From an uncultured cyanobacterium (GTDB taxonomy: Bacteria; Cyanobacteriota; Cyanobacteriia; Phormidesmidales; Phormidesmidaceae): 64,000 nucleotides of DNA. Location: assembly GCA_963793265.1 (NCBI GenBank), contig CAWBZI010000004.1, positions 640,001 through 704,000 on the forward strand, given 5' to 3'. Within the stretch, counting starts at the first letter, position 1; the number at the start of each line of letters is the position of its first letter. The notes under the pieces were generated by a model that made no database searches, was not told the DNA's origin, and saw only the letters and a program-made list of their open reading frames with translations. The position numbers were made by a program, and so were the translations under genes. This document shows, one piece after another, positions 40,594-51,033 of this stretch.

Positions 40594-42960
40594 TTAGGGC
40601 CGACGCCGGTTAAATCTATTCTGTAAATCTGTTGGATCAAACGTGTCTTTATCGGCAGCCCGCGATGCATTGAGCTTGCTTCCAGCAGCAGATTGAGAAG
40701 ATAATTTTCGCTTAGGAATAGGCTTACTACCCGCTGTGCCAGTTGTTCCATTCTCCTTCTGTTTTGTTCTACTTTCTCGTGCCACTGCGCTACCACTTGC
40801 CCTAGAAGAATTTTCCTCCAGCTTCATGCTCAAGCCAATCCGCTTTAATTTCTCCTGCACTTCCATCACTCTCACTTTCACCACCTGCCCAACCTGCACA
40901 ACTTCCTTAGGGTCTTTAATAAAGCGGTTTGCCATTTGAGAGACATGTACAAGCCCGTCCTGATGGACGCCGATATCCACAAAAGCCCCAAAGTTCGCGA
41001 CATTTGTCACCACGCCTTCCAACGTCATGCCTTCTCTCAAGTCGCTAATTTCATTAATACTTTCAGCAAACGTCGCGTAGGCAAACTGCGCTCTGGGGTC
41101 GCGACCAGGCTTTTCTAGCTCTGTCAAAATATCTTTCAGCGTAGGCTCTCCTACTTTCTCAGTTACATAGTTCTTCAACTCTAGCTGCTTTAACTTGTCA
41201 GTAGCCTGAGGAATCTCTTTAAGCGGCACTTGCAAATCCTTTGCCATCGTTTCAACAACGCCATAGCTCTCAGGATGCACAGCAGTATTGTCTAGTGGAT
41301 TAGCGCTGTCTGGAATGCGGAGAAAGCCTGCGGCCTGCTCGTAGGCTTTAGGGCCAAGCTTGCTCACTTTTAGGAGGGTTTTGCGATCGCTAAAGCGCCC
41401 AGCCTGATCGCGAAAGGTGACGATATTGTGTGCGATCGCCTCACTCACCCCAGACACATACCTCAACAGCTCTCTAGACGCCGTGTTCAAATTCACGCCG
41501 ACATAGTTCACACAGCTTTCTACCGTATCATCCAGCTTTTGCTTCAGACGCTTCTGGTCTACATCATGCTGGTACTGACCCACGCCAATCGATTTAGGGT
41601 CTAGCTTGACCAGCTCAGCTAGCGGATCTTGCAGGCGACGGCCAATGCTAATGGCCCCACGCACCGTAACGTCTAGCTCTGGAAATTCAGCGATCGCCAC
41701 CTCACTTGCTGAATAAATAGAGGCTCCCGATTCATTCACCATCACCTTTGTAGGCGGCGACTCTAGCCCAGCGATCACCTCACCCACAAACTCATCTGTC
41801 TCCCGGCTCGCCGTCCCATTCCCAATCGCAATCAGCTCAACCTTGTTTGCTTTAATCAAGCGGGAAAGTACTTTTGCTGCATCCAGCCGCCGCCCCTGCC
41901 CTGAATGTGGATAAATAGCTTCGTACGCTAAAAACTGACCTGTCTCACTAATAGCCGCCACTTTACAGCCCGTACGAAATCCGGGATCTACGCCCAAAGT
42001 TGGCTTCATCCCTGCCGGGGCCGCTAGCATCAGATTGCGTAGGTTCTCCGCAAAGGTTTGAATAGATTCTTCATCGGCCCAGGCTTTTTTCTCGGCAATC
42101 ACCTCGTTCGTTAAAGAGGTTTTCATCAGCCGGTTAAACCCGTCTTTCACCCAATCTGCATAAAACGCTCTGATGCTTTTGTCTTTTGTCCTAAGCTGAG
42201 TGCTGAGCAAATAGTCCAGAATCTCGGCGTCATCAAACACCAGCGACAGCTTCAGCACTTTTTCTTTGTCGCCTCGTAGTAAAGCTAGTAAATTATGCGG
42301 TGCAATCTTACTCACAGGCGTCTGATAGCTACGATACATCTCATATTTAGTCGTGCCTTCAGGATGGCCTGCTTTTATCTTTGAGGTGAACTGCCCTCTG
42401 CGTAAAAAGAAATTTCGTACGTATGCTCGCAAAGAAGCCGTCTCTGCCATCGCTTCGGCCAAAATGTCTGACGCCCCCTGCAAAGCTTCAGCGGTCGTAG
42501 TGACGGTTTCGGTGAGATAGGGTTTAGCGATCGCCTCCAAATCAGCAGACTGACCAGCAGCATTACGCTTAGAAATTTCAGCGGCAAGCGGCTCCAACCC
42601 ATTTTCTCTAGCAATCGTGGCGCGGGTACGACGCTTGGGCTTATAGGGCAGGTACAGGTCTTCTAGCTCGGTTTTACTTTGACAGCGCTCAATGATGGCC
42701 TGCAATTCTGGCGTGAGAGCGTCTTGCTTGGCAATCTCTTCGAGGATCGTTTTCTTCCGAGCTGCTAATGCAGTCAAATAGTCATAGCGCTCTGCAATTT
42801 GCCGAAGCTGAATTTCGTCTAGCTCGCCCGTACGCTCTTTTCGATAGCGTGCGATAAAAGGAACGGTTGCGCCTTCTGATAGCAACAAAAGCGCTGCTTC
42901 TACCTGCTGAATTTGGACAGATAGCTCTTGAGCAATCAGATGAGCGGCGTTCATAAGCAT
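40594..42960 (-). CDS. tex: Tex/YhgF transcription accessory protein with S1 domain
   Basis: GATVPFIARYRKE, DPGFRTGCK, IGVGQYQHDV, S1 FGAFVDIGVHQDGLVH. Confidence 0.93.
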   Translation of the reverse strand: MLMNAAHLIAQELSVQIQQVEAALLLLSEGATVPFIARYRKERTGELDEIQLRQIAERYDYLTALAARKKTILEEIAKQDALTPELQAIIERCQSKTELEDLYLPYKPKRRTRATIARENGLEPLAAEISKRNAAGQSADLEAIAKPYLTETVTTTAEALQGASDILAEAMAETASLRAYVRNFFLRRGQFTSKIKAGHPEGTTKYEMYRSYQTPVSKIAPHNLLALLRGDKEKVLKLSLVFDDAEILDYLLSTQLRTKDKSIRAFYADWVKDGFNRLMKTSLTNEVIAEKKAWADEESIQTFAENLRNLMLAAPAGMKPTLGVDPGFRTGCKVAAISETGQFLAYEAIYPHSGQGRRLDAAKVLSRLIKANKVELIAIGNGTASRETDEFVGEVIAGLESPPTKVMVNESGASIYSASEVAIAEFPELDVTVRGAISIGRRLQDPLAELVKLDPKSIGVGQYQHDVDQKRLKQKLDDTVESCVNYVGVNLNTASRELLRYVSGVSEAIAHNIVTFRDQAGRFSDRKTLLKVSKLGPKAYEQAAGFLRIPDSANPLDNTAVHPESYGVVETMAKDLQVPLKEIPQATDKLKQLELKNYVTEKVGEPTLKDILTELEKPGRDPRAQFAYATFAESINEISDLREGMTLEGVVTNVANFGAFVDIGVHQDGLVHVSQMANRFIKDPKEVVQVGQVVKVRVMEVQEKLKRIGLSMKLEENSSRASGSAVARESRTKQKENGTTGTAGSKPIPKRKLSSQSAAGSKLNASRAADKDTFDPTDLQNRFNRRRP

Positions 42961-43003
42961 AGACGGTTACGTTGGATGGATTTTAGCATCAAAAAAAGGC
43001 CAC

Positions 43004-43046
43004 AAAAAAGGGCAGTGCATAGCTTTTGGCTATAGGTGCACTGCCC
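43004..43046 (-). terminator. Probable intrinsic terminator of the PEP-CTERM gene
   Basis: GGGCAGTGCA...TGCACTGCCC stem followed on the minus strand by a T-run (A-run 43004-43009 on +). Confidence 0.7.
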
Positions 43047-43106
43047 CTGGGTTGAATTTGGTTATTCCTACTCAAACTTGAACAGCCTTGAGAAAGGCTA
43101 AGCTAC

Positions 43107-44069
43107 CTACGCTAGCTGCTCTTCAGAGCGCTTCTTGCGAGAATGAGCGAAGTAAAGGCCGAAGGCGGCTAACCCGAGCAATGAGGAAGGCTCAGGAATA
43201 TCCTTTGTCGTATCTACTTTTACTAAGCGAGCGAAAAGATTAGCCGAGTTGTTGCCATCTTCTTGAGAGACAAAGCTGTTGACAAGATTTTGACCCGCCA
43301 GATCATCTGCAAAACCCATCAGCTCTAAAGAATACGTCTCATCTTCATAGGTAAAGTTGTTGGCTTCATTAACCGCAAAGTCCCAAGTAATCAGGTCTGA
43401 GCACCCTTTGCCTGCATCGGTTTGATAGGCACAGGCTTGACCGTTATTGTTACGACCCTTATTGTTTGTGGTTTCATCAATTGAAAGTGCAAAGTCGAAT
43501 GTTTTAGAGCCTAGCTCACTGTCGCCAAAGTCAAGATTGATGCTAATCTCTGCACTTTTGCCGTCGAGGCCATCACCTTTAATAGTTTGGTTAAAGTGAA
43601 TGAGTTCTCCAATATTGAAGATGTCTCCTACTTCTAGCTCTAGGTTGTTGATGCCCTGAAAGCCTAAGCCGCTTTGATTTTCGTAGGTATAAACAGTTTC
43701 GTGAAACTCATTGAAGTAGCCATATTGCTGTTGTCCTTGGCTATCGGTATAGCGTCCATGGCGAGTGCTTCCCCAAATATAGTCACGCCAGCTAGAAACA
43801 CCTGTCTGAGTAACGACCTTTGTACCGTAGGCGGCGCTACCCCAGCGGACTTCACTTCGGTTGCTGCCATCGTCAATAAATTTAATCTTGTTGTTGGCAT
43901 CTGCTGCTACGCCATTAGAACCGACTGTGTAGCCTGCCGATAGAGAAACGTTATCCCAGACGGCACTTGTATTGTTAATGGTGAATGCGTTTGCAGATTC
44001 TGCTGATAGGCTGAGGGTTGTAGCGATCGCGCCAACTGCAATTAAGGTAGAGAATGTTTGAGTGTTCAT
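43107..44069 (-). CDS. PEP-CTERM exported protein with THxN/choice-of-anchor K-like domain
   Basis: Signal peptide (ANA), VRWG..QSG, IHFNQTI, ETTN, C-terminal IPEPSSLLGL-TM-RKKR; start placed at ATG 44069. Confidence 0.85.
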   Translation of the reverse strand: MNTQTFSTLIAVGAIATTLSLSAESANAFTINNTSAVWDNVSLSAGYTVGSNGVAADANNKIKFIDDGSNRSEVRWGSAAYGTKVVTQTGVSSWRDYIWGSTRHGRYTDSQGQQQYGYFNEFHETVYTYENQSGLGFQGINNLELEVGDIFNIGELIHFNQTIKGDGLDGKSAEISINLDFGDSELGSKTFDFALSIDETTNNKGRNNNGQACAYQTDAGKGCSDLITWDFAVNEANNFTYEDETYSLELMGFADDLAGQNLVNSFVSQEDGNNSANLFARLVKVDTTKDIPEPSSLLGLAAFGLYFAHSRKKRSEEQLA

Positions 44070-44611
44070 AAGTTTGGTTAATTCTGTAGGTTGCTCGTGT
44101 ATCAAAACTAACCTCCAAATTTCAGTGCTATCACCCTGACATTACGGAAATGCACTTAAAGAAACAATCAAGAGAAAAGGTTATTTCAGCGGTTATAACT
44201 GATGTTTACTGGGTGTGACCTGTTAAATATACGTAGGAAAAAGCTAATATACCTGAGCCTTGGATTGCGCGCATGTAATCGCTAAAGCTCAGCTATGACA
44301 AAGCTTTCGAGATTTTTGCGCAATGCAAATCGATAAATGATTATGGATGATATAGCGGACTTCACATAACCAAATATTTGCGAAAACTACCGAGCTATTG
44401 TCTCTTGTTCTTGTCGTGATTATCTATTCTAAAAGTCTGAAGAGATTTTTTGAGAACGAACACTTTTTATGAAAGTTGTTAATCTCTTGTTCTAACTGCA
44501 AGAAATATTTGTTTTCTGTTAAGTCGCTGCAATCCCTCTTTTACTTATAAAAGCCTAAGTGTTTTAACTGGTATTAAGTAGCACACCTACAGTACTTCCG
44601 CTTTTAAAACC

Positions 44612-45511
44612 ATGAATACACCTAACTCAAATAGCAGTCAAAGCACTCAGCTAATCGCATTGTCCGCAGGCTTAGCGATCGCAACTATTGCCGCCATAGC
44701 ACCTTCTGCCGAAGCCGCTAGCTTTAACCTTAACTTTGACGAGGGCACGAACGGCAGCAGCGTCCTCTATAACGCTAACGGAACTCTCAACACGCAGCAG
44801 TGGGCTGACTGGGGCTTAAGAGACATCACAGGCATTAACCGAGGTACAGGCGGTGCGGCAAAGATGAACACTTATGACTCAAGCAATCAGCAGTGGGGCG
44901 AAGATCATGATTTGAGAACAGGGAGCACCTGGGGCACTGCTCTACAAGGTAACGTATTAATCATTCAAGAAGAAGATCAGCGCAACAATAACTACTTCAA
45001 TAACAACGGCGTTTATCGTGCTGACGATCAAGGGTACAGAGGCGGCACGATTAATTTTGACTTTGATAGCGCGATCGCTCTCACCAGCTTCTCAATGTTA
45101 GATATTGACGATAACGGCAGCGGCATCAGAGTGACCGGTAACGGTGCGAATGGCGCGCTTGACATCGATATCGACAGGCTAATTAACGACCATAAAGCGG
45201 CTCATGGCAACTCTCAGGGGAGCACATTCACCAGAGATGGTGTAACGATTACTCAGGTGGGTACAAAGCGCAACGATAACTCAATGTATCAGTTCGACCT
45301 GGATCAAACTCACTTTGCCGGTATGCGATTTGAGAACGTTGAGTTTAACTATCCTGGCAGTGGTGCTATCTCTGGAATTGAATGGCGCACTGATGAAGAT
45401 GGGCCAGTAGACATTCCTGAGCCTTCTGTGGTGGGCGGGCTGCTTATGATTGGCTTCATTGGCGTGCGTAAGCGTCTCAAGAGTAACAAGCTAGCTGTTG
45501 ACGCTGCATAG
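44612..45511 (+). CDS. PEP-CTERM exported protein (Asn/Gly/Asp-rich)
   Basis: Signal peptide (AEA), GNVLIIQE, C-terminal IPEPSVVGGL-TM-RKR. Confidence 0.88.
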   Translation: MNTPNSNSSQSTQLIALSAGLAIATIAAIAPSAEAASFNLNFDEGTNGSSVLYNANGTLNTQQWADWGLRDITGINRGTGGAAKMNTYDSSNQQWGEDHDLRTGSTWGTALQGNVLIIQEEDQRNNNYFNNNGVYRADDQGYRGGTINFDFDSAIALTSFSMLDIDDNGSGIRVTGNGANGALDIDIDRLINDHKAAHGNSQGSTFTRDGVTITQVGTKRNDNSMYQFDLDQTHFAGMRFENVEFNYPGSGAISGIEWRTDEDGPVDIPEPSVVGGLLMIGFIGVRKRLKSNKLAVDAA

Positions 45512-45538
45512 CATTTGCCTGATATCTTCAGCATCAAT

Positions 45539-45583
45539 ACAACAATCCCTCCTTTGTTCTAAAAACGAAGGAGGGATTGTTGT
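45539..45583. terminator. 20-bp stem hairpin between convergent genes, likely bidirectional terminator
   Basis: ACAACAATCCCTCCTTTGTT-ctaaa-AACGAAGGAGGGATTGTTGT (one G-U pair). Confidence 0.75.
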
Positions 45584-45608
45584 GCTAATCAAAGTGCAAA
45601 CTATACGT

Positions 45609-46364
45609 CTAGCGGAATCTGTCTGGATTAAGCGTACGCCCAGCCGTCCTAGATCTTAGTGCAGCGCCAGTACCACCATCTGCTCTATCTAAGAATGGCT
45701 TGAGGTTGATGCCGCTGCGAGCTGATGTCGTGCGAGCTGCGGGTCTAGAAAAGCCGCCGAGGTCGGTGCCGAGCGCTTCGCCAATTTGACCGAGGATATC
45801 GGGGCCACCGTTGCCCGTGTAGGTGTTGACGATGGTGGTGTCGGTGCCGCCGTCAGCCAGGGTGAGATTCTCAAATACGAGATCGCGCGTAGCAACGGGG
45901 TTTTGACCGGGGGGAACGGTGAAAACGATTTTACACAGGCCAGGAATTTGCTCGGTGGTGGCACATACGATGTCGTAGCCGTTTTCGGTGCCCACTTGCA
46001 GTTCAGCTAAGCCTTCGGGGCGGTAGGATTCGAGGCGATCGCTAATCGTAAAGCAGCGGTTTTCAGCCGTCCAGCCGCCGCCTAGCGTCGTTGGTGTTGC
46101 CCAGGGATAGGCTTGACCCGGCTGGCTTTCGGGCAGATACATAACGGTGTACTCGCCATTGAAAAGCTGACACTCAAAGCGAACATCGTCAGATACTTCA
46201 TCGCGGTTACCTGCGCCAGGCTCTACTTCGGGTAGCGGATCGTTGCTTTGCGCCATGCTAGGCATGGCTGTGCTAGCTGCGATTAGTAGCGCGGTAAAAA
46301 CGCTACCGATGCGAAGTGTGCGGTGAGATCGATTGAAAAGATGCGGTTTGTGGGTTTTGACCAT
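45609..46364 (-). CDS. COP23-domain exported protein
   Basis: Signal peptide; RFEC..GGGWTAENRC..IS.RLE..ENGY.IVC pattern. Confidence 0.8.
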   Translation of the reverse strand: MVKTHKPHLFNRSHRTLRIGSVFTALLIAASTAMPSMAQSNDPLPEVEPGAGNRDEVSDDVRFECQLFNGEYTVMYLPESQPGQAYPWATPTTLGGGWTAENRCFTISDRLESYRPEGLAELQVGTENGYDIVCATTEQIPGLCKIVFTVPPGQNPVATRDLVFENLTLADGGTDTTIVNTYTGNGGPDILGQIGEALGTDLGGFSRPAARTTSARSGINLKPFLDRADGGTGAALRSRTAGRTLNPDRFR

Positions 46365-46561
46365 GGCTAGGTTCCTTGTGTATCTGTCGTTCAGTTTTTG
46401 CGTAGAGGAGATTATTTTGGGTAGAAGCTATAGATAACGCGCTTAGCGTAGCGGTTGAGCCCGGCTTTTGGGGAATGAAGTGGACAGTCTGTATCAATTT
46501 CTATAACTGGATGGCGGAATTATATAGACTGTTTAAGACGCCTCCTTATTTCAAGTTTTTT

Positions 46562-48499
46562 ATGGTTAACACGACGGGTTACGGTTCTTGGCGATCGCCT
46601 ATTACTTCAGATTTGATTGTCTCTAGCTCAATTCGGCTAGGGGCCGCACAGCTAGACGGCTTAGACATTTACTGGAGCGAACTGCGACCGACCGAAAACG
46701 GCAGACAGCTTGTTGTTCGCTACGGCCCAGAGGACGAAATTGGTACGGCTAGCGACATCACACCTGCCCCTTTTAGCGTGCGAACTCGGGTGCATGAATA
46801 TGGCGGCGGCGCGTATACGATCCACGGCGGAACGGTGTACTTTTCTAACTTTGTCGATCAGCTTTTGTATCGACAGGTAGCGGGTGAAGTGCCGGTAGCT
46901 CTAACGCCTGAGGTGGAACCGAAGGCGGGGCTACGGTATGCCGATATGGTAGTAGACGCGCGCAGGGAGCGGTTGATTTGTGTGGTGGAAGATCATCGGC
47001 AGTCGGGAGAGGCGGTGAATGCGATCGCGACAGTGCCCTTTGCAGGCGGCTTGCCTCGGGTGCTGGTGAGCGGGAACGACTTCTACTCCTCACCTCGGCT
47101 GAGCCCTGATGGCACTCAGCTCGCCTGGATTACATGGAATCATCCACAGATGCCGTGGGATGGCACGGAGCTATGGATGGCTTATGTAAGTGATGACGGT
47201 AGCCTCAGCCGTCCGCGCAAGCTCACAGGCAACGTCAAGGAATCGGTGTGTCAGCCGCAGTGGTCGCCGGGCGGATCGCTGTACTTTATTAGTGACGCGA
47301 CGGGCTGGTGGAATCTGTATCGGTGGGAAGGAGAACGCGCCGAGCCGCTGTTTCCGATGGAGGCAGAGTTCTCAGGGCCGCAGTGGAATTTTGGTCAGAG
47401 CAGCTATGGCTTTGAAGACAATACGACGATTATTTGTACCTATGCAGATAAAGGCATTCGGCGGCTAGCGCGGTTCGACACGCGGGCGCGATCAATGGAC
47501 GAGATTGAAACGCCTTATTGTGGCATCGGCAGCTTGCAGGTCGGAAAAGGATTTGCAGTGTTTTTGGCAGCGAGCACTAGCAAGCCGGGTGCACTGGTAC
47601 GGCTAGATTTAGATACCTTCGAGATGACGGAGCTGCGGCAGTCAAGCAGTGTGACCATCGATCCGGGGTACCTGTCGGAACCGGAGGTGATTTCTTTTCC
47701 CACGACAGGAGGGTTCAACGCATACGGCATCTACTATCGCCCTCAAAATAAGGACTATGAACCGCTAGTAACTGAGCGACCTCCTTTGTTAGTAAAAAGC
47801 CACGGCGGGCCAACAGCCGCCGCTTCACCCGCTTTCAACCCTTCGATTCAATATTGGACAAGTCGGGGGATTGCAGTGCTAGACGTGAACTATGGCGGCA
47901 GCACGGGCTATGGACGCGCCTATCGGAACCGGCTTCAGGGCGCGTGGGGCATTGTCGATATTGATGACTGTGTGAACGGAGCTTTGTATTTGGTTGAGCA
48001 GGGGAAGGCAGATGAGAACCGGCTGTCGATTGACGGTGGTAGTGCTGGTGGCTATACGACGCTGGCGGCGCTGACGTTTCGAGATGTGTTCAAGGCGGGG
48101 GCGAGCTATTATGGCGTGAGTGATATGGCGAGCCTAGCAGCAGAGACGCATAAGTTTGAGTCGCGGTATTTGGATAGTTTGGTGGGGCCGTATCCAGAGA
48201 AGAAGGCGGTGTATGACGAAAGGTCACCAATTAATGCGGTGGATCAGCTCTCTTGTCCGATTATCTTTTTGCAGGGGTCAGAAGATAAGATTGTGCCGCC
48301 GAATCAGGCTGAGACGATGGTGAATGCGCTGAAGGAAAAGGGCATTCCGGTGGCGTATTTGCTGTTTGAAGGCGAGCAGCATGGGTTTCGGAAGGCGGAA
48401 AATATCAAACGAGCTTTAGACGCTGAACTATCGTTTTATTCACAGATCTTTGGCTTTGAGCTAGCTGATGAGATTGAGCCGGTAGAGATTATCCAATAG
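46562..48499 (+). CDS. S9 family peptidase (prolyl oligopeptidase/acylaminoacyl-peptidase-like)
   Basis: YGSWRSPI, HGGPT, GGSAGG nucleophile, EDKIV and EQHGFR; start placed at ATG 46562. Confidence 0.92.
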   Translation: MVNTTGYGSWRSPITSDLIVSSSIRLGAAQLDGLDIYWSELRPTENGRQLVVRYGPEDEIGTASDITPAPFSVRTRVHEYGGGAYTIHGGTVYFSNFVDQLLYRQVAGEVPVALTPEVEPKAGLRYADMVVDARRERLICVVEDHRQSGEAVNAIATVPFAGGLPRVLVSGNDFYSSPRLSPDGTQLAWITWNHPQMPWDGTELWMAYVSDDGSLSRPRKLTGNVKESVCQPQWSPGGSLYFISDATGWWNLYRWEGERAEPLFPMEAEFSGPQWNFGQSSYGFEDNTTIICTYADKGIRRLARFDTRARSMDEIETPYCGIGSLQVGKGFAVFLAASTSKPGALVRLDLDTFEMTELRQSSSVTIDPGYLSEPEVISFPTTGGFNAYGIYYRPQNKDYEPLVTERPPLLVKSHGGPTAAASPAFNPSIQYWTSRGIAVLDVNYGGSTGYGRAYRNRLQGAWGIVDIDDCVNGALYLVEQGKADENRLSIDGGSAGGYTTLAALTFRDVFKAGASYYGVSDMASLAAETHKFESRYLDSLVGPYPEKKAVYDERSPINAVDQLSCPIIFLQGSEDKIVPPNQAETMVNALKEKGIPVAYLLFEGEQHGFRKAENIKRALDAELSFYSQIFGFELADEIEPVEIIQ

Positions 48500-48941
48500 C
48501 CTGCCAATCTGACGCAGCAGAAAAGCGGCGTAGGTGGGCCACGTTTGTTGTCGCAATGATGACCTCTGTTTGCTCATCACAGAGAAGAATAGCTTGTGCG
48601 GATAAAATCACATCTCCATCTAAAGCTTTCGGATCAGCGGTGGGCTGTCCTGACTGCCTTGCTTTGGCCCAAAGGCTCGCAGCTAAGAGCATCGCATCTG
48701 TCTGGATTGGAACATACTCAAGTGTCTGTTTCAATCCATCAAGGCGGCGTAAGCTTTGAGTCAGCTTGGCACGAAGCAATTCTCTACGTACTTCATAGTC
48801 TGCGATTTCAGGAATAGCAACCCGTTCACCTTTTTGCAAAAGAGAGGTAAGCCATATTTGACAAGCCAGCGGAACTCCTTTCGCCTTCGGGTTTGTGACC
48901 ATACCTAAAGGGCCAGAGTCTAGCAAGATCAATCTATTCAT
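48489..48941 (-). CDS. PIN-domain toxin-like protein
   Basis: ILLDSGPLG, EIADYEVRRE, LDGDVILSAQA, IATTNV.HL. Confidence 0.82.
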   Translation of the reverse strand: MNRLILLDSGPLGMVTNPKAKGVPLACQIWLTSLLQKGERVAIPEIADYEVRRELLRAKLTQSLRRLDGLKQTLEYVPIQTDAMLLAASLWAKARQSGQPTADPKALDGDVILSAQAILLCDEQTEVIIATTNVAHLRRFSAASDWQAIG

Positions 48942-49240
48942 GGGAATAGGTGACGATCTGACAGGCGATCTTCATCTAATGCAGTTTTCAAAAAATCCCA
49001 AGCTTTCTGGTGCTCAGAAGCATCTTCGGTATCGTCTAACCAGGAATCTAAAAGAGCGATCGCCGCTTTATTTTTCTCGGCCTGCTCAGCATTTACAATA
49101 GGTGATACATCTACAGAAATTTTCTGCCGAAACTGGCGCAGGGTTGCTAGCAGCTCTGTCCAGTATTCTTTAGGCGTTGCTTCAATTTCCTGAAGCAGCA
49201 GTTCAAGGGACGCTGTAGATGAAGTTGAATCATTTGCCAT
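48938..49240 (-). CDS. Putative antitoxin of the downstream PIN protein
   Basis: Small acidic ORF with ATGA overlap to the PIN gene; C-terminal ALDEDRLSDR.LFP. Confidence 0.65.
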   Translation of the reverse strand: MANDSTSSTASLELLLQEIEATPKEYWTELLATLRQFRQKISVDVSPIVNAEQAEKNKAAIALLDSWLDDTEDASEHQKAWDFLKTALDEDRLSDRHLFP

Positions 49241-49391
49241 AAACTAGATCGCAGTTACAGGGCCACTAGAATATGGTAGCGCGTAGGCCGTCATCGATAA
49301 CTTTTTGCCTAAATCATCGTGCGACTGAATTCAAAGAAAGCATCACTTATTTCTAGAGAAGGGAAAACATGCCGAGCAAGTATCAGATTCA

Positions 49392-49616
49392 ATGTGGGAA
49401 ATGAAGCCATGGTGGTGTCAGCCGTGGTCGATTATTTTGACGGGCGTAGTAGTGCCGGTTGCTTCATGGATGCTGTTACATCGGTGGTGGATTACAGTGC
49501 CGATAGTGGGAGTAATAGCCGTTTGGTGGGTGTTGTTTTTGGTACTGGTGCCTGCGCAATACACGGCGGCTGTACAGGAGAAAGCTCATATGAAAGGTCA
49601 TTTGAATAAAAATTAA
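49392..49616 (+). CDS. Small membrane protein (DUF6737-like)
   Basis: W..KPWWCQPWSIILTG signature and two hydrophobic segments. Confidence 0.72.
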   Translation: MWEMKPWWCQPWSIILTGVVVPVASWMLLHRWWITVPIVGVIAVWWVLFLVLVPAQYTAAVQEKAHMKGHLNKN

Positions 49617-49676
49617 AATCATGATTCGTTTGAGAGGCGTAAGCCCCGTTAGTAGAATAAGTTTTTAACTTTTCGA

Positions 49677-50985
49677 GTAACTACTCAGGCTTAATACTTT
49701 ATGAAAGAAACCGTGGTGTCAGGCCAAACGACGATAGTGTTTGAACATCACTAGGCCCATCAAGGATTCACTGTTTTGAGTAAAGACGAGCCGAAAATCA
49801 CCATCAGCCGCGATGAGATCAAAGCGGTCTATGCAGCAGGCGAAGCGGCAGTGATAGAGCTAGTCGAAGGGTTAACGGCGCAACACTTAACGTTAGTCGA
49901 AAAGCTGTTGAAACAACAGATAGCCCTAGAGACGCGGATAAAAGCGCTCGAAGATAAGCAAACGAAGAACAGCCGCAACAGCAGTAAGCCGCCGTCAGGC
50001 GATGGCTTCGGGAAACGTACGAAAAGCTTGAGAAAAAAGAGTTCTCGCCCCAGCGGTGGCCAAAAAGGACATCCTGGCAGCACATTGGAATGGCGCGAGC
50101 AAGTGGATGAAGTGGTCAGCCACCGAGTAGAGTTTTGTCAGCAGTGCGGCGCATCCTTGCGAGCCACCGCTGTCACTGGCTATGACTTGCGGCAAGTCCA
50201 TGAGCTACCATCATTGTCGTTACGTGTGATAGAGCACCAAGCAGAAGTCAAGTGCTGCGGTACGTGTGACACACTCAATCGAGGTCGATTCCCGACTGAT
50301 GTGACCAGCAGAGTGCAGTACGGCAGTAGCGTGAAAGGTCTGATGGTGTATCTGATGGACGCCCAGTTATTGCCGTCAGAGAGAACCCGTGAAGTGCTTT
50401 CTGAGGTGTTTAGCTGCGAGGTCTCGGAAGGGACGTTGTACAACGCGAGAGCGAAGTGCTTTGAGAAGCTCGCTGCGGTAGAGCAACAGATCAAAACCCA
50501 GATTGAAGCATCGCAGGTGCTTCATTGCGACGAAACGGGCCTGCGCGTCAATCGCAAATTATGGTGGTTGCATGTAGCCTCAACGGCTGCGTTGACTTAC
50601 TACTTCGTGCATCCTCAGCGAGGTCGCGTGGCGATAGATGAGATGAGCGTGCTATCGAATTTTGACGGGGTGAGTGTCCACGACGGCTGGCAGAGCTACT
50701 TCGGCTACGACTGTGCTCACAGCTTGTGTAATGCGCATCATCTGCGCGAACTACGGTTCATCGTAGAACGCTACAAGCAACCGTGGGCACAGCAGATGAT
50801 GACGTTACTATGTGAGATTAAGGCACAAGTAGATGAGGCAAAAGTAGCCGGTAGAGAGGCGTTGAGTACTCGCCAACTGCACGAGTTTGAGGAACGCTAT
50901 CAGACCATACTCGTGAATGGCTTTAAGGCAAATCCACCGCCGCCGATTGATGAAAACGGGCCGAAAAAACGAGGCCGCGTCAAAC
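49677..50985 (+). mobile_element. IS66-family element (single-ORF ISBst12-like), right end missing
   Basis: Starts with GTAACTACTCAG (IS66-type GTAA end) at 49677; no complementary CTGAGTAGTTAC found downstream. Confidence 0.8.
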
Positions 50986-51023
50986 TTTTCGATACAATTA
51001 GGCTTACTACTGAAGTAGCGTAA
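49776..51023 (+). pseudogene. IS66 transposase, C-terminally truncated
   Basis: KNSRNSSKPPSGD, GGQKGHPG, CxxC zinc fingers, HCDETG, VHDGW, LCNAHHLREL; similarity stops after PKKRGRVK and the NNxAER motif with the third catalytic residue is absent. Confidence 0.85.
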
Positions 51024-51033
51024 ATAGAAAGAA

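Noticed and set aside
44070..44611. AT-rich stretch as a foreign island
   Set aside because: It is the shared divergent promoter region of two PEP-CTERM genes, both of which contain HIP1 sites like host genes
51010..51023. CTGAAGTAGCGTAA as the IS66 right inverted repeat
   Set aside because: Only loosely similar to the expected CTGAGTAGTTAC, lacks the terminal TTAC, and lies before the missing transposase C-terminus would end
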